From Epiperipatus broadwayi (lineage: Eukaryota > Animalia > Onychophora), in NCBI GenBank assembly GCA_028023455.1, contig JAQFVV010000003.1, positions 1,674,001-1,738,000 on the forward strand: a DNA stretch of 64,000 nt, read 5' to 3'. Made by a program: the position numbers and the translations under genes. Of this stretch, positions 49,761 to 62,849 are shown piece by piece (position 1 is the first letter of the stretch; each line of letters starts with the position of its first letter). The notes below the pieces were generated by a model. The model saw nothing but the letters and a program-made list of their open reading frames with translations, ran no database searches and was not told where the DNA came from.

Positions 49761-52700
49761 AATTACTAACCTGTATTGTCTATTTGTGGGTTATTACTAA
49801 CAAGTTGTTTGTATTTGGAAAGTTTAAATAAAGTTTAAAATTTTCTATACATTCAACATTCACTCATAAAAAAAAAAATGATGGAAATAGTCCAACATAT
49901 CACATCTTAGACACAAGATAGTTTTTCTTTTATTTGAGAGCATTATACTAATATCTGGATAGCTTTCTGTAGCTTAGCTTAAGGACGTGAAAAGCTGCTA
50001 TAAAACTCTGATGAAAATAATATCTTTTGCAGCTGTCAATTATACTACCAAAACTATAAATTTAATTGCATAAAATATATTTTGGGCACAGTGACAAAAT
50101 TAATTAAATAAGTTGAAGGCCTATATATCTAAAGTGTGTTATTTTAAATGCTATCATTTAATATGACATTATTTCTTTTTAATTCTGAAAGACTTCATCT
50201 TTTACAAATGAGTTTGTTTTAATATATACGATAAATTTTTGCATAATAAGTAAAAACGATATGCTTTAAATTGAACATCAGAACATAAACACTATATTTA
50301 TCTAAAAATATTGATGCATTTTGTTAATTAATTATTATTTATCTTGCATGACTGTCAACAATAATTACACAGGAAAAAAGCATTAATTGATGATTGTGTA
50401 ATAGTGAATCTGCTTTTAATTTAGATCATAGTGAATTCCATGTATTAAATGATTTCTGTGGCCCCCAGATTAGAAATATTAATTTTTTGGTAGGAATTTT
50501 AAGCAACTTTAATATTGTTCACTAGCATTGATGAAGCTATTAAATATAACATCTTTATTTGGGGAAATTGTCTTGGATCTTGTTAGGTATATACAGCTCA
50601 TTGGTTTTTGTCTCTAATCAAAAAGTGTTAATATCAAAATCTTACTTAGTGGACTATTAAAAATAATTAAATTGAGTCTTAAGCTATTGAAAAATTGCAA
50701 TAACAAATCATATGTAAAAATGGTTTCTTTATTTGATCCACATAATTTACAAATTATGTTGAAGAGCTATCTGTGATTTTTATTAAAAAATATTGTAGTT
50801 GGCAAAATATAAAAAAAGATTTGATGCCAGAATAAGTTAATGGTACATTCAGTAATATATTTTCTAATACTACCATAGATGAATGAATTTCCAATTAATG
50901 TCATGATTAAATTTGGGGGTATATTATCATTGATAGGTCACTTAAGCATTTGAACAATATTAGATCTGTTCATCTAATCTTTTGTATCTATCTATGTTAG
51001 CCCCCATCTCACCAAATATGATGTTTTTTTTCCAATTTTACCAAATCAGATGACTGGCAGGAAAATTGATGTCAAACAAAGGATTTATTAGATAGTCTTA
51101 CAAATGCTTAATTTTTATGAATTGACAAATCAATTTAACTTTGACTCATCCAAGACAATTGTTTTTAATTGATGTTCTTAGATTATCATGATAAAAATGT
51201 TGAGCATCTTCCCCATAAATAATTATTTATATTTTTATTAATATATACTATTGTTATATTGATTATACACTTTTAAGGTTCATACTATGACAAAAAGCCT
51301 TGACAATAGAAATAGCTATTTTAATTTTTATTTTCAAGTGGTATTTAATCAGACTGTTAGTTAATAATCTAATCAAAATTTTATTTATTTGCGATTAATT
51401 TATTAATTATTAAATTAATTTTGGTCATTGAAATATATAATAGAATACCAAGGATTTAGAACTGCTGTTCACAATGATGGGATTTTTGTTCTCATTAATA
51501 TTTTCCATGCCAAAAACTCAATTTCAGTTATGATTTATTTATTTATTCTTAACTTTTTAAATCATTTTTCAGTAATAAAAATATTAATAATCTTTTAGTA
51601 TTTATTACATCATCATTTACAAATATGTTCATCATCTCTTCTTCAAGGTTTGGGATTAATGTTTTAGAAAAAAGAGCAATAATCTCTTTTTAGGGGAATC
51701 AAGGTAGATAACAATAAAATAGGGATACAGGAGATTTTGGCCAATGCCTTTTCTAACACTTAAAATATTAGTGAGAGTCTTATAAAGTTTTTTCTTACTA
51801 TTGCTTTATTTTTAATATAATTTATTAGTCCACACTTAAGAATTTGGTTTCCTAAAGTAATAGCAGTAGTGCATATCTATTTTAATTGATAATGAAGTTC
51901 AGCATAGTTAAAGCACTTTTAAAATGCAGGTGTCCTGGACGTCTGATAAACTATTTTGTTACACATGTGTTGCAATTTTATCAATGTAAATATTTCAAAA
52001 TATGTGTGTTTTTTAGGGATAAAATAAATCATAAGCTATAGTTTAATTGTTAAAAATAATTGGAGTTTATTTAACAATATACTAACAAATATTTTAACAT
52101 TCATATCATCAATTATTCTAAATTTGACCTGAGTCGTAAGTAGTCTGATGCTATTAGAATTTTTCATTATTGTAAACAATATTTGTTTGTTAGCCCTATT
52201 CACATACTCAATTGTAACTCAAGCTTGTCAAGTGATTAGTTATCAGAAACTGTATGGATTTTCATAAGTTAAGATATATACTGAAAATTCTAATGTTATT
52301 GCATGTTTTAAATTATCTATTTGTTCAATCACGTTTTCAAAAAAAATATAAATGCATAGTAATTCTAGCTTTTCCAATCAATATCATGATGATGAGTTAC
52401 TATCTAAGTGTAGATATTTGAAATATTTTCAAATTGCATATTTAATTTCACTTCCCAATAGATACAACATTTTTTTTAATGTGTAATTTTTTCTCATATA
52501 ATAAGATCTTGCCTAGGCATATTTCCAGGTATATTTGCTGACTGTACATTGATTTTTTGTGTTCGTTTTTTTTACTATTGTTAACTGATAAAGGAATCTT
52601 TTTATATGGTTGAGGTTTAATGTTTCATAACTGATTTGATTGGTGGACAATAAAAAATTTATAAATTTGTTTATTATATGTATATTTATTGATAGTCTTA

Positions 52701-54689
52701 ATTTCATCAATACTATTTTTTTTTATAAATAGTCAGTCTCTAATTGAATGATCACCAAGAGATTATTATGAGGCGATGGGCCACACTCTGTGATATCCCA
52801 CTTCATCATTTGATGTGTATACGGTTTAGTTTTGGGGGAGACGCTAGATCAAGTGTGGAACTTTTATTTAATTATATTATTTCATGTTAAAAAATGAAAA
52901 AGGGGGAATAGAAGGTTATTCCATGATAAGTAATAAGAGAGAACTTTAAAATGTTAAATTTAAAATGTTGATGGGATTTTGTTTTGAAGGGAGAGACATG
53001 TTGCCCCAAGAAATGATTTTCATAATAATATTTTATATTTATTTCTTTAGATCCCATCTTGGTCAATCTGCTGTAATATAAATATAATCTTATGTGGCTC
53101 AGTACACTTTTCATAATGTAATTTTAAAAGAATGATATTTTTTCAGTATTTGTATTTGCCTCGCCAGAACTCTGCTTGATTGCCTGTTTTGTCCTTTTGA
53201 TTGCTATGTCAGAATTATTTCACGTGATATATTCACTGGCTAAAAATGTAGGTCAGAATATAAAGGACAAAATTGGGAAGACCCGAGGTAAGCTGAGTTT
53301 AGCAAGCCTTGGTGATTCCTGATTTTTTATCTGAAATATCTCGAGATTTGCAAATTTCGCAACGATTCATCTCTATTTCTTTGCATCACTGGAACCGGAC
53401 AGTGGGATTGAGTTCGTGCTGGTTATGTCATTTCAAATGCTGGATATGATTATTTTCTATTTCTCTGACCACGTCATGGTGGGTTGACTATGGTTTGATC
53501 ATATTAGTTTATATTTTATTATCATTAGCATATTTATTTGCCAATATCATGATCCGCTTGCATTCAAGCATGTCATTCTCGTCGAAGCTGTTTCTCAGAA
53601 ACATAATCAAATTATTTTCTCTTTTATAATGATTTTATTTATGTTAAAGTTACCCAAAAAGTAGTACTTTTAAATATTTGGTTTTTTTTCCTCACACATA
53701 CTTAAATTGGCGTCTACAAAGAACTTTAATCTCTCTCTGTTTTAAATTGGCATATAAATTATACCTCTCCCTTACAAGAGGCATAATAAGTTATATGATC
53801 AAAATTGTCTGTTAATAAACAGTTAAATTAATTAGTGAGATATTAAAAAATTATAGATATGCTTTTTATTAAAATATATATATATGAATTTAACCTACCT
53901 GTGGTTTGTTTCTGTTAATTTTACTTTAAAGTTAGCATTTCTATCTAAATATTGTGCTGCTATCTGATGACTCAAGGTCACACACACACACCATTCCTTT
54001 TGAAACTCATGCATCATGTAATTAAACTAAATGCTAGGGTTAAATGTTAGAAATAGTTGAGGCTCATGTTCTACTGCTGTTGACCAGCCGGAGTTGAAAA
54101 AGATTAATTGCTTGCCTTGAAAATGTTGTTAGATTTAAAAGGTGGGTAAACAGGCTAGAATCCATAAATATTCTTGATCTTTGATCTCATATATGGTTGG
54201 ATTCGAGGTATTTTTACCCAGACTATGAATCGTGTTGAATTAACATACAATTTCGACCAGTATCATAGCAATATTAAGCATCAAATATGCTCACATCCTC
54301 ATTCTTTCTTCCTAAGATCAAAAATGGATGTAGTTAGCTTATAAATGAACTCATTAAGATATAGATATAGTAATATTTTTTATTTGAGTAAAATATAAAA
54401 AAATTAGTCACTTGAATGAAATTGCTGTTATCTTCCTGATATTTGTATGCTCAAATCTGTCATGATGACCTGAGCAACTGTTCACCTAACCATATGTATA
54501 TAATATAGATTCACTGATGATAATTATTTCAGCAATCCTAAGTCATACTGAAACTTGAACTAAACAGCAAAATGGTCAACTTTTTTTCCATCACTACAAT
54601 TCAAAAATATGTAAATGGCAGATGGGAATATAACATAAGCTAGACATTTACAGCTCATAACAAATAATTTTCCATTTATGTCCTTAGAA

Positions 54690-55065
54690 AAATTTTGAAC
54701 TTTGTTTAAACCTTCAAATTACATTCAATTATTAGTAATAACACACAGGTTGACATATAACACAACATTTCAAGTAATACTTTTTCTTCAAGTGTTGCTA
54801 TCTTGACCAGTCTCAGTACTAATATGAAAATAAAATCTGGACCTTTAGATTTTTAAATGTTGAATTTTAAGATACAACTTTAATCAACTGAATCATTTTG
54901 CCAAAAGCAACAATCAGTAGAAATTTTATATAACATCTATGATGGACCTCTTAATTTTTCTATTTTTCCCTAAAAGTAAAGTTAATTTCTGGCTTCTAAA
55001 CAATATGTACTATTGTTTTGGGTTGACTTTTGGAGTAATTTGTCATTATCACATCAACAGCTTAG
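54690..55065 (-). mobile_element. Old single-arm copy of the tRNA-like/hammerhead PLE module
   Basis: Colinear with 25740-26110 (GIY-YIG tail, tRNA-like unit, TTGAAGAAAAAGT..TTGAAATGTTGTG) but more diverged. Confidence 0.7.
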
Positions 55066-56289
55066 GAAATTAATTCTATATGATAAGGCTATATTGGAGG
55101 TCAATATAAAAAAATGTGTAGTCATCTAATATTCAATAGTTTAATAATATTCCATATAAATTATTTTTTTACATAGTTAATCTTGGATATTTCATAATTT
55201 AAAAAGAATCATCAATTAATTTGTAAATACTTGTTGTTATATAGATCTGAATTTCTGCCTACTTAAGATCATAGCAACAATAAGAAAGTGTTTGACATTT
55301 TTCCAAGAAAAAATAGTATTTCTATTTAATGCAGAGAATTCATGCTGTCCATCGAGCAATAATAGTGGTTAAATATCACATTAAACAATGGTTAAATTGT
55401 AATTGATGTCAAATGACATTGCTGTCCACTGCATAGCACTTCTTTTGGCACTTTATAACAATGATGATAAAACCTCATGGTAAATAATACATATAAATTC
55501 CAATCAAGAACAAATGTAAATTGCAGTCTTTCATAATTCCATTGTAAGCAAATAATAAATTAATGTACAATGCCACTTTTTTGACTTCTATTAGTAATTC
55601 AGTGATCCATATTACTAAAAAAAAAATATTTTCCCAGATATAATATTATTCTTTATTGATTCCATATTTATATTTACATCTAATATTTAGTAGCATTTTG
55701 AAGATTAAGGGCTTCATATTGTTTATGACAGAGAAGTTGTAAATATCCAATTCTATCTATTAAAGTTCATAATATTGTGTTTCTACTCAGAACACTACCT
55801 AAAGAATTACAAAAAAAAAGCCTCAGCTTATTCTTTTTATTTATTAAACAAAAAAATATATTTCTACTATTATTAACTTTACTATATATATATATATTTT
55901 GGTTTAGATTCAAACTCAGAATCATTATATTCATAATAAAGAAAACTGTTAGTTTATTTATTTTTTAATTGTTTTAAAATATCTAATAATTCACATTATA
56001 GATAAAAGGTTATTGATAATACAGCATAGTATAAAATGATCATTTGTAATTTTTTAAATTTTAATTCTTTCAACAGATAGTATAGCAAGTTATATAATGT
56101 AATAAAGTTAATATTTTATTAAGAAAATTTGAATAGATTAAAATAAATATTTATATATTCATTTATTAATATTTTATTACTTAAAATTTTTATTTACTGC
56201 ATGCATTTAACAAGTAAAATAAAAATTCATGTAACATTATAATACTAGCCAAGAAAACTAAACTTTACTAAAATTCTTTCATAACTATG

Positions 56290-56450
56290 ATTTCATCTAT
56301 TAACAAATAGGCCTTTTCAAGTTTATAGATAAAACCATGGACATAGAAGACTTTTAGTAAAGTTTAGGGTTTTTAATTTTTTTATTTTTTGGTAGTATTG
56401 TAATGTTATATGAATTTTTATTTATTTATTATTAATCTTATATTTAACAA
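56290..56450 (+). mobile_element. Short copy of the 3' tail of the 57.7-60.3 kb PLE with a small inverted 5' segment
   Basis: Matches 60225-60315 (AACCATGG...TAGTAAAGTTTAG...GTATTGTAATGTTATAT). 56295-56320 is the reverse complement of the adjacent upstream tail sequence. Confidence 0.6.
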
Positions 56451-56707
56451 GTAATACATAAAACTAAAAAAAAAAAATAATAATCAATTATTCTTTAATG
56501 TGTGGGTGCATGTGTATGTGCATTGTGAATACAATTGAATTAATATGAAATCATATATACTTTCCAATATTATTATTTTAATAAATATTTTACAAAATTA
56601 TAGAATATTTTATATGTAATTACAGGGCATTTGAATACAGATTTTCAAGGTCCCTTCAGTTATTCATTCCATTTTATATAGTCAATACACATGATCACAT
56701 ATATGTG

Positions 56708-56988
56708 AAAAAGATAAATGATCTCCAATATACATATTTTATACTGAACCAGCACTCAGCAGTTAGTTCAGATCATCATCTCCCACACACACATATATAA
56801 CCAGTGCTCAGTTTAAATTAAGATAGTGAATCTTCAAATTTAATGGACATGCAGTCCTAATCATCATCTCCCACGCACACATGTAATTAGTGCTCATTTT
56901 ATATAGTGGGTGGGAGATGCTGATCTGGAACAACTGATGACTGCTGGTTCAGGACAAAATACATATATTGGAGATAATTTCCTTTTTT
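56708..56988. mobile_element. Small fold-back element (about 83-bp inverted arms, internal direct repeat) carrying a decayed hammerhead; separate PLE-type family
   Basis: Arm 56708-56790 vs arm 56906-56988. Direct repeat ATCATCATCTCCCAC at about 56772 and 56861. CAA-CTGATGA-...-AAAA-TACATAT-A-TTG at 56931-56970. Confidence 0.7.
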
Positions 56989-57056
56989 TACAATGATTTG
57001 TTATTAAACATTGTGTTTTTTTAATTTTAATAATTTCATATAAGTAGTACAGTATA

Positions 57057-57518
57057 CAGTAATATTGTAATACAAATTTTAAAAAAATAAAACTTCAGTA
57101 TGAATTTTTTTCCAGCGTAACAAAAAACAGTTCTGTGAAAGAATACAAAAAAATTGTTATATGGTAGTTTAGTTTCACTTTCTCAGTTCATTTTGCTTTC
57201 CTTTTTCGATAGTGAAAACACACATTTTTTAGTTAGTGGAATTAAATCTTTTTTAAGAGTTTCTAGTTAGTCATCATAACAAGTAATATGACCATGAAAA
57301 AATCGAGAAAATCTTTGAGCTTGGAAGCAAAACTGGATAATGATAATTGGTAAATGGATTTCAGGAAGTAACAACTTACATGTTTTTTTTACTTAGATGA
57401 AAGTTGCATTATCATATGTTCATAGATACATATTTTAATTGAATACCTACATAATACAGCCCAGTTTACAAAAGCATATAATGCATATTAAAAGTTTTCC
57501 AAATTTTTATATTTACTG
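57057..57518 (+). mobile_element. Tigger/pogo-derived internally deleted DNA transposon
   Basis: TA|CAGTAA...TTACTG|TA ends. ATG at 57288 gives MTMKKSRKSLSLEAKLD, like the pogo/CENP-B HTH start. Confidence 0.45.
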
Positions 57519-57739
57519 TACTCAATAAATTTTTTTAACAATATTCCCAACTTATAGTGTAACTTATTAGCTAAAGTAATTGGCTAATTTTTTCCTCATA
57601 GACAATCATTACAAATGCTTAATCTGCACACAGTATTCTTGCTTAATAATGAGTTTTGAGGTCCAATTACTCTCACTAAGTAGTGAAAAGGTATATATAA
57701 TAAAAATAAAAATTCATATAATATTTCAATACTATTTAA

Positions 57740-60320
57740 AATAACTGAACATTACTATTTTTCTACAACCATGGTTTTATCTATTAAAAAATAGACCTTT
57801 TCAACTAAAATTCAACTAAACATGCCACCTACATATACCAAACAAAGTAGCCTTCCCATCATTCACTTCAAAACCCAATTTCCTTCAACACTAAAGGATG
57901 TCTTCATGAAATTAATGGCCTCAGATTTAAAATATCATCAAAGTTTCTTTCAGGTTTTTTTTCACTTCACTTTTCATAAAAGATAATCTCTGTATTGTCA
58001 AATAATATTTTATGACCTGTATTCAGTTCATGAATATACAAAACTGAGCTATATTTATTTCTAAGTCTAATCTTATTTACTTTAACCGTTTCATCAAGGT
58101 CTAATTTACTCTGGCCTATATACATTTTATGACAACTATAAGAAATCTTATAAACAACTCCAAGAATAGATTTGCAATCAATTAACTGTTTTGACCCATT
58201 TAATCATAAATTTAAATTCAGACCTTTCTTCCAAGCCACCTTTATATCACCCAATAAAAAACTATTTTAATAAATCAGTTTACTAATTGATGACTTAAAT
58301 GGCAAAGAAATAAACTCTATTCTCATTAATGCTTGAATCTTTATTATTATCAGATCTATAGATATTTTTATTAAATATAATATTCCTAATAAATTTATTA
58401 TTATATCCTAACTCAATACAGTCAGAAGCAAATCGACTCCTCTGAATGTAACTATTATTTTCAAAATTATTAAGCCTTCTATTCCTATAACAAAAATTCA
58501 ATAAAGAAAGTCTCTTATGAGTAAAAGGTTGATAATTATCTGGCTTTATCATATTTCTTTTCTTTTAATGAAATGACAATAAATTAAAACATTATCAACT
58601 TTATCAACACTTTAGTATAAAAATTTTAACTTTACAAATTTAAATGTTTTCCCCTCAATAGTAAATATAATATTAGAATCAAAAATATCAAAAAATCATT
58701 TAATTTATTCTCCTGTATAACAAACTAACAAACAACAACATACCTAACAAATAATTTCAAAAAAGTAAAAAAAATATCAATAACATTTCTCTTTAAAAAG
58801 TCAATATTCACAAAGCACATTGAAGTAGAAATAACATAAACAATAACCCAAACTTTATAAAACACATCATTACACACAAGATACATATAATCCTCTAATA
58901 ACAATAGCAAATCATAACCTTAATCTTATCTGCAGAAAATGATTCAAATTTCTTCAAAATGTCAAGAAACACTAATACTTTTTAGCCTATCAACTGATTG
59001 ATATATGATTTTAATATATAAATTTCAAAAATATTAACTTTTTCTGTAAAACAAACCTATTAATTTTATCATATGCTTCAAAAGAAAAAGATATACAAAA
59101 CTGACCTAAATTTATATAATTCTTAAAAAACATTATAGGAAATTTAAAATTTTTATCAACAATTGCCCCTGTAAAAGCAAAATCAAAAATACATCTTAAA
59201 GAAACATTATTTTTATGAGATTTCAAATTGAAAAAAATCACAGAAGCAAAAAAAAAAAAAAAAATCAGTAGAATAATTTAAATAAAAAAACTTTTTTATT
59301 TACCATAATTTTTTATAATTTCAATAAATTTAGATTTTATTTTCTTACCAGAATCAGAATTTAAAATAGAATACTTCACTTTATTTAATTCTAAACAAAC
59401 TTTATTTGTTAAATCATTATTATTTAACAATGCAAAATGGTATCATTGATCTTTAATCTTTTTTTAAAAAAATCTGTTTTCTTTGGGGCAAAAACAAATA
59501 TTTCTCTCTCAAGTAGCAGCATATTCAAATTACCCATAGAGATTTTTTATTATTCTCTGTAATATTTTTTGCAACATTTAATAGCAGAATTAAAGTCAAA
59601 TACCACATTCCTATTGTGAAAAAAACAAAAGAAAGGCTTTTATTTAAAATTGTACTAAAAACCATTTAAAACAAAATTAATTATTATAACATAAATATTT
59701 TTTATTAACAAATTTCCTGTTTTCAAACATTTAATAACCAATTGAGCTTATTAATTTATTTTTTATTATAAACCAATTGACATTGCAATTAAAATTACCT
59801 TAAAATAAATTCATTACTAAATGGTTTAAAACAATTAATTAATTGAAATTTATTCTTGGAGAAATTTATAAGATTCCTTATAGTTGTCATAAAATTTATG
59901 TAGGTCAGAGTAAATTAAGTCTTAACAAAAGAATTAAAGTTCATATGAATAGAGTTAAAGTTAAATATAATAACTCAGCGTTGCATATTTATGAACTGGA
60001 TACAAGTCATAAAATATTATTGGATAATGGAGAAATTATCTTTCATGAAAAAAAAAAAAGAAACTTCAATGATAAAATATTTTGAATCTGAGACAATTAA
60101 TCTCATGAAGACATTCTTTGATGTTAAAGAAGTTGGGTTTTGAAGTGACTGATGGAAAGAATTATTATTTGGCATTGTAGATGGTATGTTTAGTTGAATT
60201 TCACTTGAAAGGTTTATTTGTTAATAGATGGTAACCATGGTTGGGGAAGAATTATAGTAAAGTTTAGTTTTTTGCCGGTATTGTAATGTTATATAATTTA
60301 TTTTATTTATTATTACTACT
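57740..60320 (-). mobile_element. Large decayed Penelope-like element (RT + GIY-YIG) with inverted 5' copy of its 3' end
   Basis: RT-like ORFs 59011-59241 (K.HK...LR.I) and 58295-58552, GIY-YIG remnant at about 58000-58170 on minus. Its inverted copy 59843-60085 reads IYKIPYSCHKIYVGQS. Arms about 57740-58170 and 59850-60310. Confidence 0.8.
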
Positions 60321-60337
60321 ACCATGTTAGGCAGTAA

Positions 60338-60340
<3 letters not shown>

Positions 60341-60405
<65 letters not shown>
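60341..60405. repeat. (TA)n microsatellite
   Basis: Direct reading. Confidence 0.98.
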
Positions 60406-60406
<1 letters not shown>

Positions 60407-60417
60407 TCTTCCGATCT
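60406..60417 (+). other. Probable Illumina adapter remnant CTCTTCCGATCT (assembly artefact)
   Basis: Exact 12-nt match to the 3' end of the TruSeq adapter, located at the end of a long TA tract. Confidence 0.7.
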
Positions 60418-60418
60418 T

Positions 60419-60532
60419 TGTAATGGACAATTGAACAAATATATTATGCTGACCATGTTGTGGTGTCCAAATGTAATGGACAATTGAACAAACATATTAT
60501 GCTGACCATGTTGTGGCATCCAAATGTAATGG
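60419..60532. repeat. 53-bp tandem repeat (two near-identical units plus partial copies)
   Basis: Units 60419-60471 and 60472-60524; the motif CCAAATGTAATGGAAC recurs near 60590. Confidence 0.9.
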
Positions 60533-62158
60533 AACATACTTTTACTCCATTATACCAATCATCAGTTAACTGGGACCTACAGTTTGTGGTGCCAAATGTA
60601 ATGGAACATCAATATATGAGAAGAAAATAATACTTCAAACATTGGATGATAAATGTAATGGAATATATGTAATCTAAATGAATCCAATTGTTGAGAAAGC
60701 CTAATATAATAAATTGTATAATTTAAATGAAGAAAGATAAAATTATCCCAGTTATATTTAAATAAATTGTTTATATGCCCTTCCAACTAGCTATACATGA
60801 AATAAATCTAAAATCATACAGAGCAATGAGATCTATCATTATAATTTATTCTCAAGGTTGATATGACTAACTAATCAAATATATATCAGAAACAAAGGGA
60901 ATTCTATTAAATCCAATATACACATCCAATAAGTAAATTTATGTATATCTAAACATATCAATGAATAATAATATGTGTAAGTAACTTAAAGACTAAATAA
61001 TAAGTGAAATACGAAGTTATCCTCTATTAAATTGTGAATTCAATTAATTTCATAATGACTCTGGCACTAAAAGAAAAATAAGAATAAAATATTAATACTC
61101 TTTCAAATAAATTACAAAGGCATTACTTATAAAACAAATAGTACATCCTTTATTTCTATATTATGGTTTAATTTTAGGTAGTATCAATGTTTTAAATAAG
61201 TTTTAAATACAAACCCAAATACAAAAAAATATATATATATATATACTTGCAATAAGTATATATATTAAATAGGTAAAGACATATTTGTGCTCAACAAGTA
61301 TGCATTATTATAAACACAAATCCATATTTATATTTTTTAAATATTCAAAATTAAAAATAAAGAAAAATAAAAGTATATTATATCCAGCAAATATATAAAT
61401 TATTGTTTAGGTCTGCATAAGAATTATTATATGAAGTTAAAAAAAAAATGAAAATAGATAAATAAATAATAAAAAAAATTTTTTATAATAAAATTTGCAT
61501 ATATAAATTTTACTTATTAAAATATACATATAGCAACCCATATGCAACCCAAACTTATAAGCCATACTTTAAAATTTTAAATTACTTAAGTGTTAATTTT
61601 GACACCTGTTAAACGTTTGTTGTTTTTTAGAAAACAAAATGCTTGAATTGAATAGAATGATATTTATAAAAACGTTTTATTTTTATAATTAAAAGTAAAA
61701 AAAAAAATATTGATCTCAAAAATATATTATATATCATTTATATTAATAAAATTATTTACTACCTTTTCAAAGTTTAACTTGTTTATTTTTCTTTCAAAAG
61801 TCAACTTATTCCATTGTTTTATTCCTTTATTTGTTTAATATTAGAATGCATTCTATCTAAAGTTAAATTGAAGAAATACCATGTTAGAAAAAAATATTGG
61901 TTTCCAAATGCACATATATACTTCATTTTTTTAAATTTCTCTCCTTGAAAAAAAAAAAAATTGACATGTTGAATCCAATATATTAATTAATTTTAGTTAC
62001 CTCCAGATTATTATTAGATTGACCATTATAGATTCCAGATAGCTATATCAAATTTCGGCTTCAGATGCGTTGAAATTCATGTGTTGAAATTTGCTTAGTT
62101 TTTCTTTTTAAACTGCCTTGGAATAATTGAAAGGAAATGGCTCAGCTCCCTGGCTGCA

Positions 62159-62180
62159 ATATATATATATATATATATAT
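62159..62180. repeat. (TA)n microsatellite
   Basis: Direct reading. Confidence 0.95.
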
Positions 62181-62849
62181 TAGCCAGTCATTGTTTATGT
62201 ATTTATTACAGAAATTTAGCTTATTCCACTATTCTTAAGAATGGCAATTTCAAAGAAACAAAGTACAACAAATTTTTATCCTTCAGTTTGTTTAATCACT
62301 ATCTTCCTAATAATGGCCTCTTTTGTTGCTGCTGTTGTTCCATGTGCTAGCAAATGCTGTTTTGAAAACTATTGTTACATATGTTTTCTTTTAAACAATT
62401 AACATTCAAAAAAAATATTAACCATATAAAAAAAATATTAAATCGAAAATTTATTTGACAGCTTTTAAAAAATATATATATAGACATAAATAATAACATT
62501 ACATTTTTTTAATAATCACTACAAATAAAATAATCTTTTTTATAATCAACAATTTATATGTCTTTATTTATCTATAATAATAAAAATAAGAAAAAATAAA
62601 TATTCACAACGATGTACCATCAATACATAAATAAAATAATAAATCCAAAACAACTATAAATTTAACTAATAACCATAAACAATAATAATACTCCATATAT
62701 AAACATCAAATCAAAGAGATTTTTTTTAATAACAACAAATGATTTTTAAAATATAGATAGATTTATCGATATTTACAATACCCCCTAATCCACCTAAAAA
62801 AAATGTCTTTGCAAATAACTAATTAATTATGAGATATTGAAAAACTTCT

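Larger units (their letters stand above)
49275..49908. mobile_element. 634-bp fold-back of the tRNA-like/hammerhead module with perfect 12-bp TSD
   Basis: Arms 49275-49601 and 49614-49908. AGACACAAGATA at 49263-49274 and 49909-49920. The left arm has an extra tail of about 30 bp ending ACAAACCTTCAG. Confidence 0.9.

Noticed and set aside
60419-60670. CRISPR-like repeat-spacer pattern
   Set aside because: Eukaryotic context, near-identical tandem units rather than unique spacers, and no cas genes.
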